Source: Octopus vulgaris (taxonomy: Eukaryota). From it: a stretch of DNA of 64,000 bases. This document shows, piece by piece, positions 39,591-55,509 of this stretch. Made by a program: the position numbers and the translations under genes. A model generated the notes under the pieces. It was not told the origin of the DNA. It saw only the letters and a program-made list of their open reading frames with translations, and searched no databases. The DNA is taken from the NCBI GenBank assembly GCA_951406725.2, contig OX597824.1, positions 81,716,001 to 81,780,000 on the forward strand. The letters are read 5' to 3'. The stretch's first letter is position 1. Each line of letters starts with the position of its first letter.

Positions 39591-39920
39591 TATTATTAAA
39601 CACAACTATGGATTGGTAGAATCAGTTAATGTTTGACCTTGTTTCCGAATCAGCAAATATTATGATTCTTTTTTTTTTGCTTATGTTTTTGTTGTTACTA
39701 CATATGCTGTCGATGTTGTTCATGTTGTAGTCGTTGCTGCTGCGGTTGTTGTTGTTGTTGTTGTGGTTCTTCTTCCTCTTCTTCTTCTTCTTTACGTCAT
39801 GAGTTCAAATCCTGTCAAGGTAATCTTCGACGTCCATTATTACTTTATACATTCCCAAAACAACTATCTGACGAGGGATGGCTATAAATGCACTGGAATC
39901 GGCAATATTCAGAATTGAAA

Positions 39921-40002
<82 letters not shown>

Positions 40003-40057
40003 CGATAGATAGATTAGATAGATAGATAGATAGATAGGTAGATAGATAGATAGATTG

Positions 40058-40116
<59 letters not shown>

Positions 40117-40206
40117 GATATATAAATCTAGACACACACACACATATATATATATAACTACATATATATATATTTACAGTCATACATAGGTATATACACA
40201 CACACG

Positions 40207-40238
<32 letters not shown>

Positions 40239-40697
40239 CACACGAACAGACACAATCACACACAGGCGCGTAATCCAATGTCTAATACATGCACTGAACA
40301 TACTGACATTGCAAACTGATCATTTATATTCCAGTTTTGTTCTCTCATTTCAGTACGTTCATACCGACGCCATAAATATCTGACCAACGATTGTATATAT
40401 AACCACTATAAATATAAATGCACTGCAACGAATTAAATCTATCACTATTGTGCACTGTATCTCCATAAATGGAATCCATTAAGATTCATTTGTTGTAGTT
40501 TCTTCAGAAAAGTACTGTATGACAGATGATACTGTCTCGTTTTTAAATTCCATACACGATTTGTTGCTGCTGTAGATGTTGTTCTCTTGATAGTTGTGGA
40601 TACTGCATTTGATGTTGGTGTTATGTCATTCCCTGTCCTGCCGTAGTCGTACAACATACCTACGATAAAACACATTCCGAAAGCGACGATTGTGGTG

Positions 40698-41805
40698 AGA
40701 CGTGTGGCTTAGTGGTTAGAGTGTTGGATTTATGATCGTAAGATTGTAGTTTCGATTCCTGGACCGAGTGACGCGTTGTGTTCTTGAGCAAAACACTTCA
40801 TTTCACGTAGCTCCAGTCCGCTCAGCTGGCAAAAATTAGTAATCCTGCGACGGACTGTCGTCTCGTCCCGGTGGGGATATATACGTCGTGGAAACCGGGA
40901 AACCGGCCCTTATGAGTCGGTATGACTCGAGATGGTAACTTTTCTGGAGACACATGGCTTCGTGTTTAAGGTTTTAGATTCATGATCATCAGGCTTAGAG
41001 GTTAGGGTGTTGGATTTATTTTCATCAGGGACTCTGCAATCTCTGCCGTCTCAGAGGGCCTCCACGGTTGAGAGGCCCTATGTTAAGATCAAAGTACGTA
41101 GATGAGTCATCTATTTACTTTGGTTAAGATGTTGAACAAAAATTAAACTGCCTATGTTAACTGAAAATTTCAAGAAATAAAATTGTAATAATTGTACCCG
41201 TAAAAGTTCTTATAAAAATATTTCATTGTACCATGAACAAGAACCAGATTTTGTGGATTCTCTATGAAATCTATTGAACACGAACTTTCTCTCAGCTTGA
41301 TTATTCTGAACTGATCAATGATTTCATGAAGTGAAAAGTGCGCAGTGTTTGTCTTTGAAAGTTGCCTGGTTTATAAAAGTGCTCTTTTATTTATATTTGG
41401 AAGTTTTATTTATTGAAATTTGCAGTAGACCTAATAAAATTTAACTTTCACTTTTAAAGATAACGTGAAATATTGAACTGCAGAGAGAATAAAGTAAAAT
41501 ATAGCTATGAATAAAAGGTGCGTAGATAATGAATTTTGATTGAAGGGATGAGGCCTCAAAATAAAAAGTTGCAGGAGGCCTCTAAAAGTCACACGACGGA
41601 GCTGATGATCGTAAGATTATGGTTTCGATTCATGGACCAGGCGATGTGTTGTGTTCCTGAGCAAAACACTTCATTTTATATTGCTCCACTCCACTCAGCC
41701 GGCAAAAATAAGTAATGCTGTGGCGGACCGTCGTCCCAGAAACCGAAAAACCGGGAAGCCAGCCCTTAAGGGTCGGCATTACTCGAGAAGATAACCTTTA
41801 CCTTT
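40698..41805 (+). mobile_element. Two SINE E copies, the second split by a hAT remnant
   Basis: First copy at 40698-40940. The second head at about 40945-41020 resumes at 41605 with atgatcgtaagattatggtttcgattc. Confidence 0.8.
41026..41604 (+). mobile_element. hAT (Tip100-like) transposon remnant
   Basis: About 41243-41358 translates, with a frameshift, to TRFCGFSMKSIEHELS/QLDYSELINDFMK*KVRSV (hAT dimerization-domain C-terminus). CAG...CTG ends with subterminal gaggcc motifs. Confidence 0.65.
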
Positions 41806-42046
41806 AATAGCGATGATCACGCCTAGGTTTGTATATCAACAGCAGTCATGTCGCATGCGTCCTTCTTTACCATTTCAAAGATATTAAGGTTTGATTCCAA
41901 GAAGATTTTGACTGCCACTCCTAAAATGCTGTGCTGCCATCTATAGCCACCTATGTTGATAAACAAATACTATTGTTGCTATAGTTGTTTACGCGTTTCT
42001 TCTTGTTTTATTGTTGATTTCGTTGTTGTCGTTGTTGTTGTTGCTA

Positions 42047-42434
42047 TTTGTTTGTTTGTTTGTTTGTTTGTTGAGCGAAGCGGTTTTCGTCCATTGGGAG
42101 AAGTCCGAAAGGTGGTCCTTTGCTATTCGTACGACCCGCAGAAGAGAAAGCAGGTCAACCCCCCGACACCGAGAGCATCGACGGATGGATGAATGCGCAT
42201 CCAGTCTCAGCGGTTGCGTAGGAAGTCGGGGACAAGAACCAGGAAGAAAGAGTGAGAGAAAGTTGGGGCGAAAGAGTACAACAAGGATCGCCACCCCACC
42301 CCCTGTCGGAGCCTCGTGGAGCTTTTTAGGTGTTTTCGCTCAATAAACACACACAACGCCCGGTCTGTGAATCGACACCGCGATCCTCCGACCGCGAGTG
42401 CGCTGCCCTAACCACTGGGTCATTGCGCCTCCAC
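42047..42434 (-). mobile_element. SINE family A, tail type A3 ending in (AAAC)n
   Basis: A head and body, then a unique tail ...tcccaatggacgaaaaccgcttcgctc+aacaaacaaac. Confidence 0.85.
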
Positions 42435-42958
42435 TTGCTGTTGGCGGTGTTGGTGGTGGTGAATTTGGTTCTAGTGGTGGTTGTGGTGGTGGTGAGTGTG
42501 TCACCGATGTTGTTTAACCCCAGGTCGATTCCCATCGAAGAAACCCTACCAGTCATGAAAACGTTATTTTTGAAGATATACTTTGCACAACATTGTCTGA
42601 TCAGTCGTTCTCCTTATTTATAATATGAAGCTTGTGTGTTTTTACGGTGATTCATCTGCTTTATTTCAAACAAGTCCAGCTCGAGATAGTGATGGAAGAA
42701 AAGAGTAGAAGAGAAAGTAAAAAAAAAAAAGAAGAAACAAAAACGGGACATGTGCTATGGAAATTAATGAGATTCTCTGTGCGAATCCCTTGCTAGGTTT
42801 TCTTTTTAAATTGTCACATTCACGGCCATAAAATAACCATCATTCGAAGATGCCTTTACTACATATTTGAATACAAACATAGATACATACATACACACAA
42901 ACACATCTAAATACACATATATATACATTTATAGATACATATATATATATATATATAT

Positions 42959-43027
<69 letters not shown>

Positions 43028-43108
43028 AATTTATCCAAACATAAAAACACAAAGAGAAAACACAACAACGCGAGGACGTGGAACAAATATAGTATTATTG
43101 GACGCTCA

Positions 43109-43211
<103 letters not shown>

Positions 43212-43407
43212 TGTGTGTGTGTTTACACCCAGAGATATATAAATACCTATTTCTACTCACGCGCATATCGGCACATGTATATATGTGTGTGTGTAGTTTT
43301 TTATGTGTGCATATATATATATATTAAGTGTATATATATACCTTTATATGTTAATATATATGCGTATGTGTATTATATTAATATTTATACATACATACAC
43401 ATCTCAC

Positions 43408-43457
<50 letters not shown>

Positions 43458-43539
43458 TATCTATCTATCTATTTATCTATATTTCTCTCTTCCTTTCAGT
43501 GCGTGTGTGTTTATATATATATATGTGTGTGTGTGTGTG

Positions 43540-43621
<82 letters not shown>

Positions 43622-43730
43622 CATATATACATACACACACACATCGCTTCGATAGATAGATAGGTAGATAGATACATACATATATATATATATATATGTA
43701 TATATAGAGAGAGATAGATAGATAGATTAG

Positions 43731-43781
<51 letters not shown>

Positions 43782-43787
43782 GTAGAT

Positions 43788-43824
<37 letters not shown>

Positions 43825-43957
43825 TACAGGTAGATAGATGCATCATACATTTATTTCCTGAGATTGTAATTGGCTGTGCACTAATACTTTATAATATATT
43901 ATAATGTATGAGAAATAAACAAACACACATTAACCCCCACACACCCACCACCCACAT

Positions 43958-44003
<46 letters not shown>

Positions 44004-44472
44004 AAACATACGTACGTACATACGCACATAAGAACACTTCCTGTAACTTTCATGCACAGCCTGACATAAACGCCTGTTCAAACTGACATACAAGCACGCG
44101 CACGCACACGCACACGCACGCGCGCATGCACACGCACGCACACGAACACGCTCGTGCACGTTCGCACACAATGTTTATCATCCTCCTCCTCCACTCCCAT
44201 CCATGCGTGCATACAATCCTTCTTCGTGCATTCCACTCATACAGAGCCACTCACACACACACACACACACACACACAGACAAGCAGCCACTCACGAGACG
44301 TATGCACGTGCACACTTAAATAGTCACAATCGGATTCTGTTTATCGCGCTTGCTATGGCGGATGAGGTCAACGACCTCTGCTGAATTTGTCAACTAAACT
44401 AAAGCCGAGAAAGAAGAAGAACGTTTTCATATATTAACATACGTATTTCATTTGTCAGCGTTATACGCTTGG

Positions 44473-45360
<888 letters not shown>

Positions 45361-46016
45361 CTAGCCTTCTCTTTACTTACTCTCCTCCGCAATCCATAAA
45401 TTCCGTTCTCTCTCGCGTCGGCCATCTTACCTCTTTTAGTCGACATAAATGACGTTTTTGTTAAATTCCCGCCTTTTTTCTAAATTATGCTTCTCCTGTA
45501 AATTCTTCCGTCGCACTTGTAGTAAAATAAAGGAAACACTATTTTGTTCTATGTTTTACCTCTATGTAAATAATAATAATAATCATCATCATCATCACAA
45601 TAATCATCATCATCATCATTCCCGCCCTCAGAACCATCATCGCTATCATCATCGTCGCCGTCGTCGTCGTCGTCGTCACCATCATCATTATCATTATTAT
45701 AATTGTTATTATTATCGTTGCTGTTGTTTTTGTTGTTGTTATTGTTGTTGTTGTTAATAAGGCGGCGAGTTGGCAGAATCGTTAGCACGCCGGATGAAAT
45801 GCTTAGCGAGATTTCGCTCATTGCGCATTGCTCGGTTCTGAGTTCAAATTCCGCCGAGGTCTACTTTGTCTTTTATCCTTTCGGGGTTAGTAAATTAAGT
45901 ACAAGTGAAACACTGGGTGGATTTAATCGACTAGTCCTCTACTCCAAAATTTCATGGTCGTGTGCCTTCAGTAGAAACGATTATTACTACTACTACTACT
46001 ACTACTACTACTATTA

Positions 46017-46106
<90 letters not shown>

Positions 46107-46150
46107 ATCATTATTATTATTATTATCATCATCCTCATTATAATTATTAT

Positions 46151-46580
46151 TCCCTTTGCACAGCTTCTAACGCTGGAGATGTACTACAGTGTCAGCTGTT
46201 CACTACCAGTAAACTAAGATAACACCCCTTATTTTTCGAGCACCTTCTGGGGTATTTGAGCGGTTCCAAGCAGTGCCTTTTTCTGCAAGTGCTCCACCTT
46301 TATTGCAGCCCCCATTTGTTTCACGTACTTTTTGCTCCCTGTCCCCAGGGATCCAACAATTACTAGTACTACTGCTACCTTTTTTCATCGGCCACAACTG
46401 CTTAACTGCCCAAGCTAACCTGTCATATCTCTCGACTTTTCTTTCTTCCTCATCGCACACCTTGTTGTCAGCTGGGCATGCCATATCTATGATCCAGCAT
46501 AGTTTGTTTTCTTTCTCAATTAAGTCTATGTCTGGCTTCCTATTCTATTTTTCTCAATTAAGACTATGTCTGGCTTCCTA
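46151..46580 (-). mobile_element. R4/Dong-type 3' end: restriction-like endonuclease remnant, 3' UTR and (AAT)n tail
   Basis: Minus strand: RKPDIDLIEKENKLCWIIDMACPADNKVCDEEERKVERYDRLAWAVKQLW...LQKKALLGTAQIPQKVLEK* (PD-(D/E)xK RLE). Embedded in ATT repeats on both sides. Confidence 0.85.
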
Positions 46581-46625
46581 TTATTATTGTTATTATTATT
46601 ATTAGTAGTAGTAGTAGTAGTAGTC

Positions 46626-46687
<62 letters not shown>

Positions 46688-47185
46688 GCTGGTGGTAGTG
46701 GTAGTAGTAGTAGTAGTAGTAGTAGTAGTAATATCATTATTAAGACGGCAGTATCGTTAGCACGCCGGTCAACATGCTTAGCGCCACTTGGTCCGGTTTT
46801 ACGTTCTGAAATTCAAATATCTCCGAGGTCGACTTTACCTTTACATCCTTTTGTTGGGGGGGGGGGTCGATGAAATGATTATCAGTTGATCGATGTAAGT
46901 GATTAACCCCCTTCCTCTCATCAATTTCTGGCCTTGCGTCTATACAACAAAGAATAATGGTTCGGCGGGTAGATTGGAAGAATCGGAAGAACCGTGAACT
47001 ATTTGTTTCAGTATTTTACGCTTTCAGTTCAAACCTTAGCGACGACAATTCTGGTGTTAATATTTCCGGGTTCAATGAAATAAAGTAACAGACGAGTACT
47101 GTTGTCGATGGTATGATGTGACTGCTTCCTCTAAAAAATTCTGGCCTTCTGCCTAAAGACCGACTGCTATTATTAGATCAGTGAC

Positions 47186-47243
<58 letters not shown>

Positions 47244-47247
47244 CGTG

Positions 47248-47364
<117 letters not shown>

Positions 47365-47399
47365 CTGTGTGTGTGTGTTGTGTGTGTGTGTGTATATAT

Positions 47400-47458
<59 letters not shown>

Positions 47459-47659
47459 AATAAATATGAATGCTAAAACAATGCAAATTTGCATTGTGAC
47501 CAGCAATGTGTAATATTTGATTGCTTGGTCGGTCACCTGATCACGTGACGTGCTATACATACATGTGTGTTTATATACGTGTATATATATATGTGTGTAC
47601 CTATATATATATATGCTATACACACACACACACACATATATATATACAAACACACGCAT

Positions 47660-47732
<73 letters not shown>

Positions 47733-47736
47733 AAGG

Positions 47737-47815
<79 letters not shown>

Positions 47816-48277
47816 GCAGGCAAAATTATCAATAACTAAAATAAAAAATGTATTAACGAAAGAAATGGAAGATTGGAACGGTAAATTAGCTGAATGGATT
47901 GGACCACACCGTTTCAGTTCCTGTTCTCTGCGACCCGCGTTCAAATCCCGCCGAGGTTGTTCGTGTTAGCTTTTCAGCCTTCCGTAGTCGATGAAACAAA
48001 ACGAAAATAGCAGTCAGGTACAAAGGCCTTTTGAAGCAACCTAACTCCTTCTTCGCTTTTTCCCCCCGCCACGTTATTCTAACCTTGTGCCTATTTTTAG
48101 AAACTGTTATTTATAATACTAGTAAAAATAGTAGTTATTTACTAATAATATATTATTTATTAGCTTGTTTGCTTGTTTATTTACACCTTAGTCTTGCTTT
48201 CTTTCTTACGCCCTTGAAAATGTTAGCCTTTATTATTTATTTCTCCGCCGTCGAAGAATAAAAACAGAGACAAAAGC

Positions 48278-48594
48278 CGTTCGAAATATGTCAACGTTCT
48301 CAAAAACTGGTACACCATCTTGACATAAAATTTCTCTTCGTCTTCTGGGCGTCACCTCCAAAACCTTTATATTTTTTTTCTTTACCTGCCCCTCCCACTA
48401 TTACTCGTCTTTCAGCCATCGTCCCCGTTCCTTCGCACTAAATAACATATTCCACGAAGTTAACGCTTGCTAGTCAGAATCTGGTCGGGCCCTTGCTTGC
48501 TAGCGATTGGTTGTTTTCAAGGTCAGCCACATAATGATTGGTTAATATCTGGGTCAGTCCCAAAGCATACATAAACCCAGAAAGTGCAATGACT
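48278..48594. promoter_or_regulatory. Duplicated non-TE block, copy 1, with two CCAAT boxes
   Basis: Colinear with 54138-54515 (ttcgaaatatgtcaac, cttgacataaa, gttccttcgcactaaataacat, tagcgattggtt, gggtcagtc, aaagtgcaatgact). ATTGG at 48506 and 48537. Confidence 0.55.
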
Positions 48595-48958
48595 CTCGTC
48601 ATAATATAATCACTATTGTTGTTGTTGTTGTTATTATTGCTGTTGTTGTTATTATTATTACTGTTGTTCTTGTTGTTGTCGTGGTTATTGTTATTTATGT
48701 TGCTTGGATTTTGTTATTGCAATTGTTTTGTTAGAATCGTTAATACTTTCATTTATATATTTATTTATTTAATTATTTATTTATTTATTAATCGTCGTCG
48801 TCGACGCCGTCATCATCATCATCATCATTATCATCATCATCATCATCATCATTATCATCATCATCATAATCATCAACATCATCATCATCACAATCATCAT
48901 CATCATCATCATCATCATCGTCATCATAATCATCATCATCATCACCTTCCTCCTCCTC

Positions 48959-49022
<64 letters not shown>

Positions 49023-49354
49023 CCACCACCACCGTTATTACCGTCGTCGTCGCATCATTGTCGTCATCTGCATCATCATCACCACCATCCTTATCACCAT
49101 CATCATCATCATTATCATTGTCGTCGTCGTCTTCGCCGTCGTTGCATCATCATCGTCATCAGTATCTTCATCACCACCTTTCTTAACATCACCATAATAA
49201 TCATCATCATCAACATCATCACTATCATCGTCATCATCGCAACATCATCATCACCATGATCACCACCACCATCATAATCGTCACCATCATCACTATCATC
49301 ATCATAAACATCATCATCATCATCATCATCAATCATCATCATCATCATCATCAC

Positions 49355-49410
<56 letters not shown>

Positions 49411-49650
49411 TCATCATCATCACTATCATCATCATGCCATCATCATCGTCATGCCCTAGATCTTTCATCATCATCATCATCAACCACAGAATAACCATCG
49501 TCATCATCAAATTGACAATTACTAGTTTCTTTGTTCTCTTGTAACTTCACATATAATATTGCGTATATTCCTTTTATTTGATTCACATAAAGGAATCATA
49601 TCAGCTTTAATCATTTCATTATATATATATATATAGATATATAGATAGAT

Positions 49651-49842
<192 letters not shown>

Positions 49843-49959
49843 TAGATATATACAAACCTAAATACATACACGCACACACATATATAAATACATACATACA
49901 CATATATTATAGAGAGAGACACAGACAGACAGACAAGCAGACAGAGAGGGAGAGACAGT

Positions 49960-50037
<78 letters not shown>

Positions 50038-50111
50038 CTGATATACTAATACAATTGTTTGTTTGTATTCCACCTGCCTTCGTCTTTTGTTTATTTTCAT
50101 AAAGCTTCCCG

Positions 50112-50162
<51 letters not shown>

Positions 50163-50988
50163 ATATTCATATAACTATGTGTGGATATATATTTATATAT
50201 GTACATGTGTGTATGAATGTATATATGTAAGCATTTCTATATATGTGTGCGTTTGTGTGTGTGTGTTTGTGTGTATGTTGCATGTGTCTGTCTGTGTGTG
50301 TGCGCCGACACGCATATATATATATATATATATATACACACATTTAGGATCGAAGCAGAAAATGCATTTATTATGGTTAATAATCCTGCTCATAGTTAAA
50401 TCTTTTGCTCTGCTCAACAGCTGTTTCATTACGATAAACATCATTAATTCTATAATTACGTAATTGCGATATATAATGAATTTAAATTTACGCAAATCCT
50501 CCGGAGTATTGTGTGTTGCCTTAAGCAGAAATCATTTATTGGTTTAACTGCTCTGAGATCGATAGGAGAACTCGACAAAACACGACCTCAAATGCATAAA
50601 TACGCGCGCAAACACACACATATTTACATACTCGCATACATAATTCACATACTTGCATACATAATTTTATAGCATGCACGCGAACGAGTAAGCTATAAGC
50701 AATCAAACGGACATAAGTAAACATATATAAAAGCATACATTAGAAACATACACAAACACACACAGGTATTTAGGCATCATAGACTAACGTACGCATATAG
50801 GTATAACAGAAGTATGTATCTATGTATGCTGAAGCATATATAGATACATACATTCATACATGCATACATACTTACATAAATACATACATACATTCCAACA
50901 TACATACAAGCACAAATTCACACACACATATATATATATTTATACATACAACTAAATATATACATATATATAAACACCTACATGTATA

Positions 50989-51227
50989 CTGTAACCCCTC
51001 ACCATATCGTGGTTCACCTATCACGGTTCACTTATCGCGGTTTAGTATTTAAGCTTACGTCGATTCCTCAGTGGCGTTGCTTTGCATTTACAATAAAATA
51101 AATATATACAAATAACAAAAATAATAATAAAAAAGATATACAGTACAGTACTGTTTCTACTTCACGGATTTTCGCCTATCGCGAGGTGTTTTGGAATGTA
51201 ACACCCGCGATAGTCGAGGGATTGCTG
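50989..51227. mobile_element. pogo/Tigger-type MITE
   Basis: TA|ctgtaacccctcaccatatcgtgg ... ccgcgatagtcgagggattgctg|TA. Confidence 0.8.
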
Positions 51228-51343
51228 TATACATGCATACCTAAATATATATAAACATGTATACACAAATGCATGTATATAATCTATACATAAACATACA
51301 CACACGTACACCTCTATACATACACACACATGAAATAAATATA

Positions 51344-51588
51344 TTGAGTTGGTGCATAATTATTGCGGGTTTTTTTTCAACAAAAGCCATAACAATATTT
51401 TACAAAAACATCTTTAAATGACGGTCTGACCTTCTGCCAAACAAATGGGAGCAGTAATTGAAGTACATGGTGAATATGCTCCGGATTAATAATTTAAAGA
51501 TGTTCTTGTTACATGTCGTTATTATTTTTGTTGAATAAAATTTGTTGAAAAAAAAAGAAAAAGCCGCAATAATTCTGCACCAATCCAA
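51344..51588 (+). mobile_element. Internally deleted mariner / MITE
   Basis: TA-flanked TIRs ttgagttggtgcataattattgcgg / ccgcaataattctgcaccaatccaa. Interior translates to LDLLPNKWE..VIEVHGEYAPD* (mariner C-terminus). Confidence 0.85.
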
Positions 51589-52197
51589 TACATACACAAA
51601 CATTTATATCAGCAAACAGGAACAGGAATTAAAAATTACACCTGAAAATTTTACAGTCGCCATATAGAAGTTCGGCCCCTAATCACAAGTACTACTATAT
51701 GCAAGCAATTAAATAAACGTTGACCATTGTAGTATACATGTTCCCTTTCTCCATTTAATTGTGGATAAATTTCGACCAGTCACCAACTTGATTGCAAGGG
51801 TGTGAAGGAAAGGATCTTGTTTTGTTAATCGCCATTTAAATCTTTATGCTTGTCCGTATGTATGTATCTATGCATGTATCTATGAATGTATGTATGTATC
51901 TATAGTGGTATGTGGTGACTCACTATAGATAAGCGTAACAAGTTTGGTCGTTTGTCTTATCGGGGCATTAATACACTGACATTGATCTATAGTTATTTAG
52001 AATTTTATTGCAGCAATCAGCAACGCCTTATGTTCAATTAAATTCGCAGAATAAATAACTCTAAAACGTAGAGAAATACGTGAATACTTCACGCTTTCTC
52101 TCCTGTGTGAGATTGCATACATACATACATACATACGTACGTACATACATACACACTTGCATACATGCATCCATACATACATACATACATACATACA

Positions 52198-52228
<31 letters not shown>

Positions 52229-52381
52229 GTGTGTGCATACCTATATGTATTTAAATGTATACCTACACACACACACATATATATATATATGTATATATAT
52301 ATGTATATATATATGTATATATATATATATATTTATATGAATATTTATATATATATACATATATATATATATATACATACA

Positions 52382-52468
<87 letters not shown>

Positions 52469-52944
52469 TTATGGAAATATGGCCCCGCCTCTGCCTTTCG
52501 ATATCGACAGAGTGATTCCCAATCACTCCAATCACGATACACTACTCCAAATAAATTTCCATAAATTTCCGTATGCTACAAATCAGTTACTCGTATTTTT
52601 ATGCTTTTTATTTTTCATTTATCTATTTCTAATACTTTTTTTTTTATTTTTTAGATTCCATTGTTAATATAACGCTTTCGTTAAAGTGGCGAGCTGGTAG
52701 AATCGTTAGCACGCCGGGCGGTATACTTAGCGGTATTTCGTCTGTCGTTACGTTCCGAGTTCAAATTCCGCCGAGGTCCACTTTGCCTTTCATCCTTTCG
52801 GGGTCTTTTAAATAAGTACCAGTTCTCTTGAGGTGTGATGCCGTGTTGTTACTGCTTGTATTGTGTGTTGAGTCTGTAATGCTTTGGTTTTCAAGATTGC
52901 TGGTGGAAGTTTATTTCACTGAGTAAATGCTGTATAGAGTGTGT

Positions 52945-53445
52945 CTTGTAGTGATAAATTACATAGTTATTGACGTTGTGTCTATTTTCGGCATATTTTG
53001 GCATTACAAATTTTTTCTTTTGCCCTTACTTATAAATTGTTTAAAAATTTAACATTTAAAGGTATTTTCTTAATATGCTGGCCATTGATAGAATTTTTTT
53101 CGAAAAATTTTATCCCACATTAGATGTTAATCTAATAGTATTCACCTCCGGACTCTCTCACTTTACGGGAGTTTTTAGTTCGAATCGCACGCCACTCGAG
53201 ATGGGCTAGCGAGTTTCTATTTTAGATATATTTGGGGTACTTAATTGTGCTCATGACCTAGTGAAGGTTCTTATGAACTAACTCTGAAATCGGGTCCGAT
53301 ATGGTAATAACTGGATTTTTTTAGAAATTTCTGTCGGCCTTATTCGAGACAATTACTTGTAGTGATAAATTACATGGTTATCGACGTTGTCTATTTTCGG
53401 CATATTTTGGCATTAGAAATGTTATCTTTTGCCTTTACTTAATAA

Positions 53446-53448
<3 letters not shown>
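52945..53448. repeat. About 90-bp direct repeat (52945-53038 and 53356-53448), possibly a Penelope-like partial tandem
   Basis: cttgtagtgataaattacatRgttatYgacgttgt...tctattttcggcatattttggcatta occurs twice. Confidence 0.75.
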
Positions 53449-53491
<43 letters not shown>

Positions 53492-53514
53492 ATATATGTA
53501 TGTATATAAATATA

Positions 53515-53572
<58 letters not shown>

Positions 53573-53597
53573 TACACATATATATATACATATATGC

Positions 53598-53629
<32 letters not shown>

Positions 53630-53731
53630 ACATAAATATATGTATATATATATGTATATATATACATATATGTATACATGCATATACATAAATATATGTA
53701 TATATATATATTATATATATATATATGAATA

Positions 53732-53803
<72 letters not shown>

Positions 53804-54137
53804 TGTGTGTATATATGTATATATATATACACACATAAAATATAAAGATAAAATCTATAGATTTCATCGAGTAGCCGCATGTGAAACCAATTTAGGAAAC
53901 AAATACAAGGTATCTAATTTTTCCCTTTATATATAAAATACATGATAACCCTTGATATTATATTATATTATATTATATTATATATTATATTACATGTATG
54001 TATATATGCGTGTATATTGAACTCAAAACGACGCCGTTGCTGTGCTAAATTCATAACAACATAGCCATGTCTGCGACTGTTGTTTATCTCCTTATTTATC
54101 GAATTTCCCCTCGGCCAAGGATTAGTATAAGACAAGC

Positions 54138-54515
54138 ATTCGAAATATGTCAACATTCTGAAATTCCTCCACCGCTACTTGACATAAATTTCTTTATTGT
54201 TCGTCTGAGCGTTACCTCCACCTCCTTATCTACCTTTCCTCCTTCGCCTCCTACATTTCTCTTGCTCCCTCGCCCTCGCGTTCTGTCTGTCTATCTCTCT
54301 CTGTCTCTCTCTCTCTGTCTCTGTCTCTTTTCATTCTTCCATGCTTGTTCCTTCGCACTAAATAACATGACTCGAAAGCGAACGCTTGCTTCTCAAAATC
54401 TGGCTGAGTCCCCTTCTCTCGTTAGCGATTGGTTATTTTCGATGTCGCCGTTGCAGCGATTGGTGAATTTTGGGGTCAGTCGCAAATTATTAAAATCCAA
54501 TAAAGTGCAATGACT
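54138..54515. promoter_or_regulatory. Duplicated non-TE block, copy 2, with two CCAAT boxes
   Basis: Homologue of 48278-48594. ATTGG at 54428 and 54459. Carries an extra (CT)n expansion. Confidence 0.55.
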
Positions 54516-54991
54516 GGAATCGTAAACGTACTATTATTGGTGTTGTTGTTGTAGTTGTAGTTGTTGTTTGTTTATTTGATGATACCTTTATTTCTGGATA
54601 AATATCGTCCATTATCATAAGTATGATCATCATCATCATCATCATCATCATCTTCATCATTACCACGACCACTATCACTATTATCATCACGGTCATCATT
54701 ATCATCACCATCTTCATCATCATCATCATCATCATTATCAACAGCAGTAACAGCAACACCATCATCATCATCATCATCATCATCTTCACGACGACGACGA
54801 CCACCACCACCACAACCACTAATACTATTGTCATCACCCTCACCAAAATCATCGTTATCATCATCATCATCATCATCATATTTGCACCGTTATAGTGATG
54901 ATGATGACGATGGTGATGGTGATGATGATGATGATGATGATAATGATGATGACGACGATTGTGATGATGATGGTGATGATGATGATGATGT

Positions 54992-55022
<31 letters not shown>

Positions 55023-55509
55023 AATGATGATGATGACGATGATAACGATGATGATGATGATGATGATGATATCGGTGATGATGATGGTGATGATGATGAT
55101 GACGATGACGATGACGATGATGATGATGGTGACGATGATGATGATGATGATGATATCGGTGATGATAATGATGGTGATGATGATGATGGCGTGTATCATC
55201 TACAACAACAACAACCGCAATAACAACAACACCGACAACATCACAATCATCGTTGTCTATCCTTATCATCTTCATCATCGTTTTACGCGAAAACACAATA
55301 ACTTCTAAACGTAACATAATGCCTCGGTGTCTAATTCCCAATTCCCAATTATCATATTGATACCGAAGAACTAAAAACAGATAACGATTTTTGTCCTACA
55401 AGCTCTTTGAACTTCAAACCAGAATGAATATGATTAAATTCTACAAGAATTTTCATATTTCTAACGCCCTACCGAAGCGGGCATCCATCAGTATTTTTTC
55501 TTTATTCGT

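Noticed and set aside
53255-53300. Possible hammerhead between the 90-bp direct repeats
   Set aside because: The core reads ctagtga and GAAA is displaced from the ggttc/gaact stem, which is too degenerate to call.
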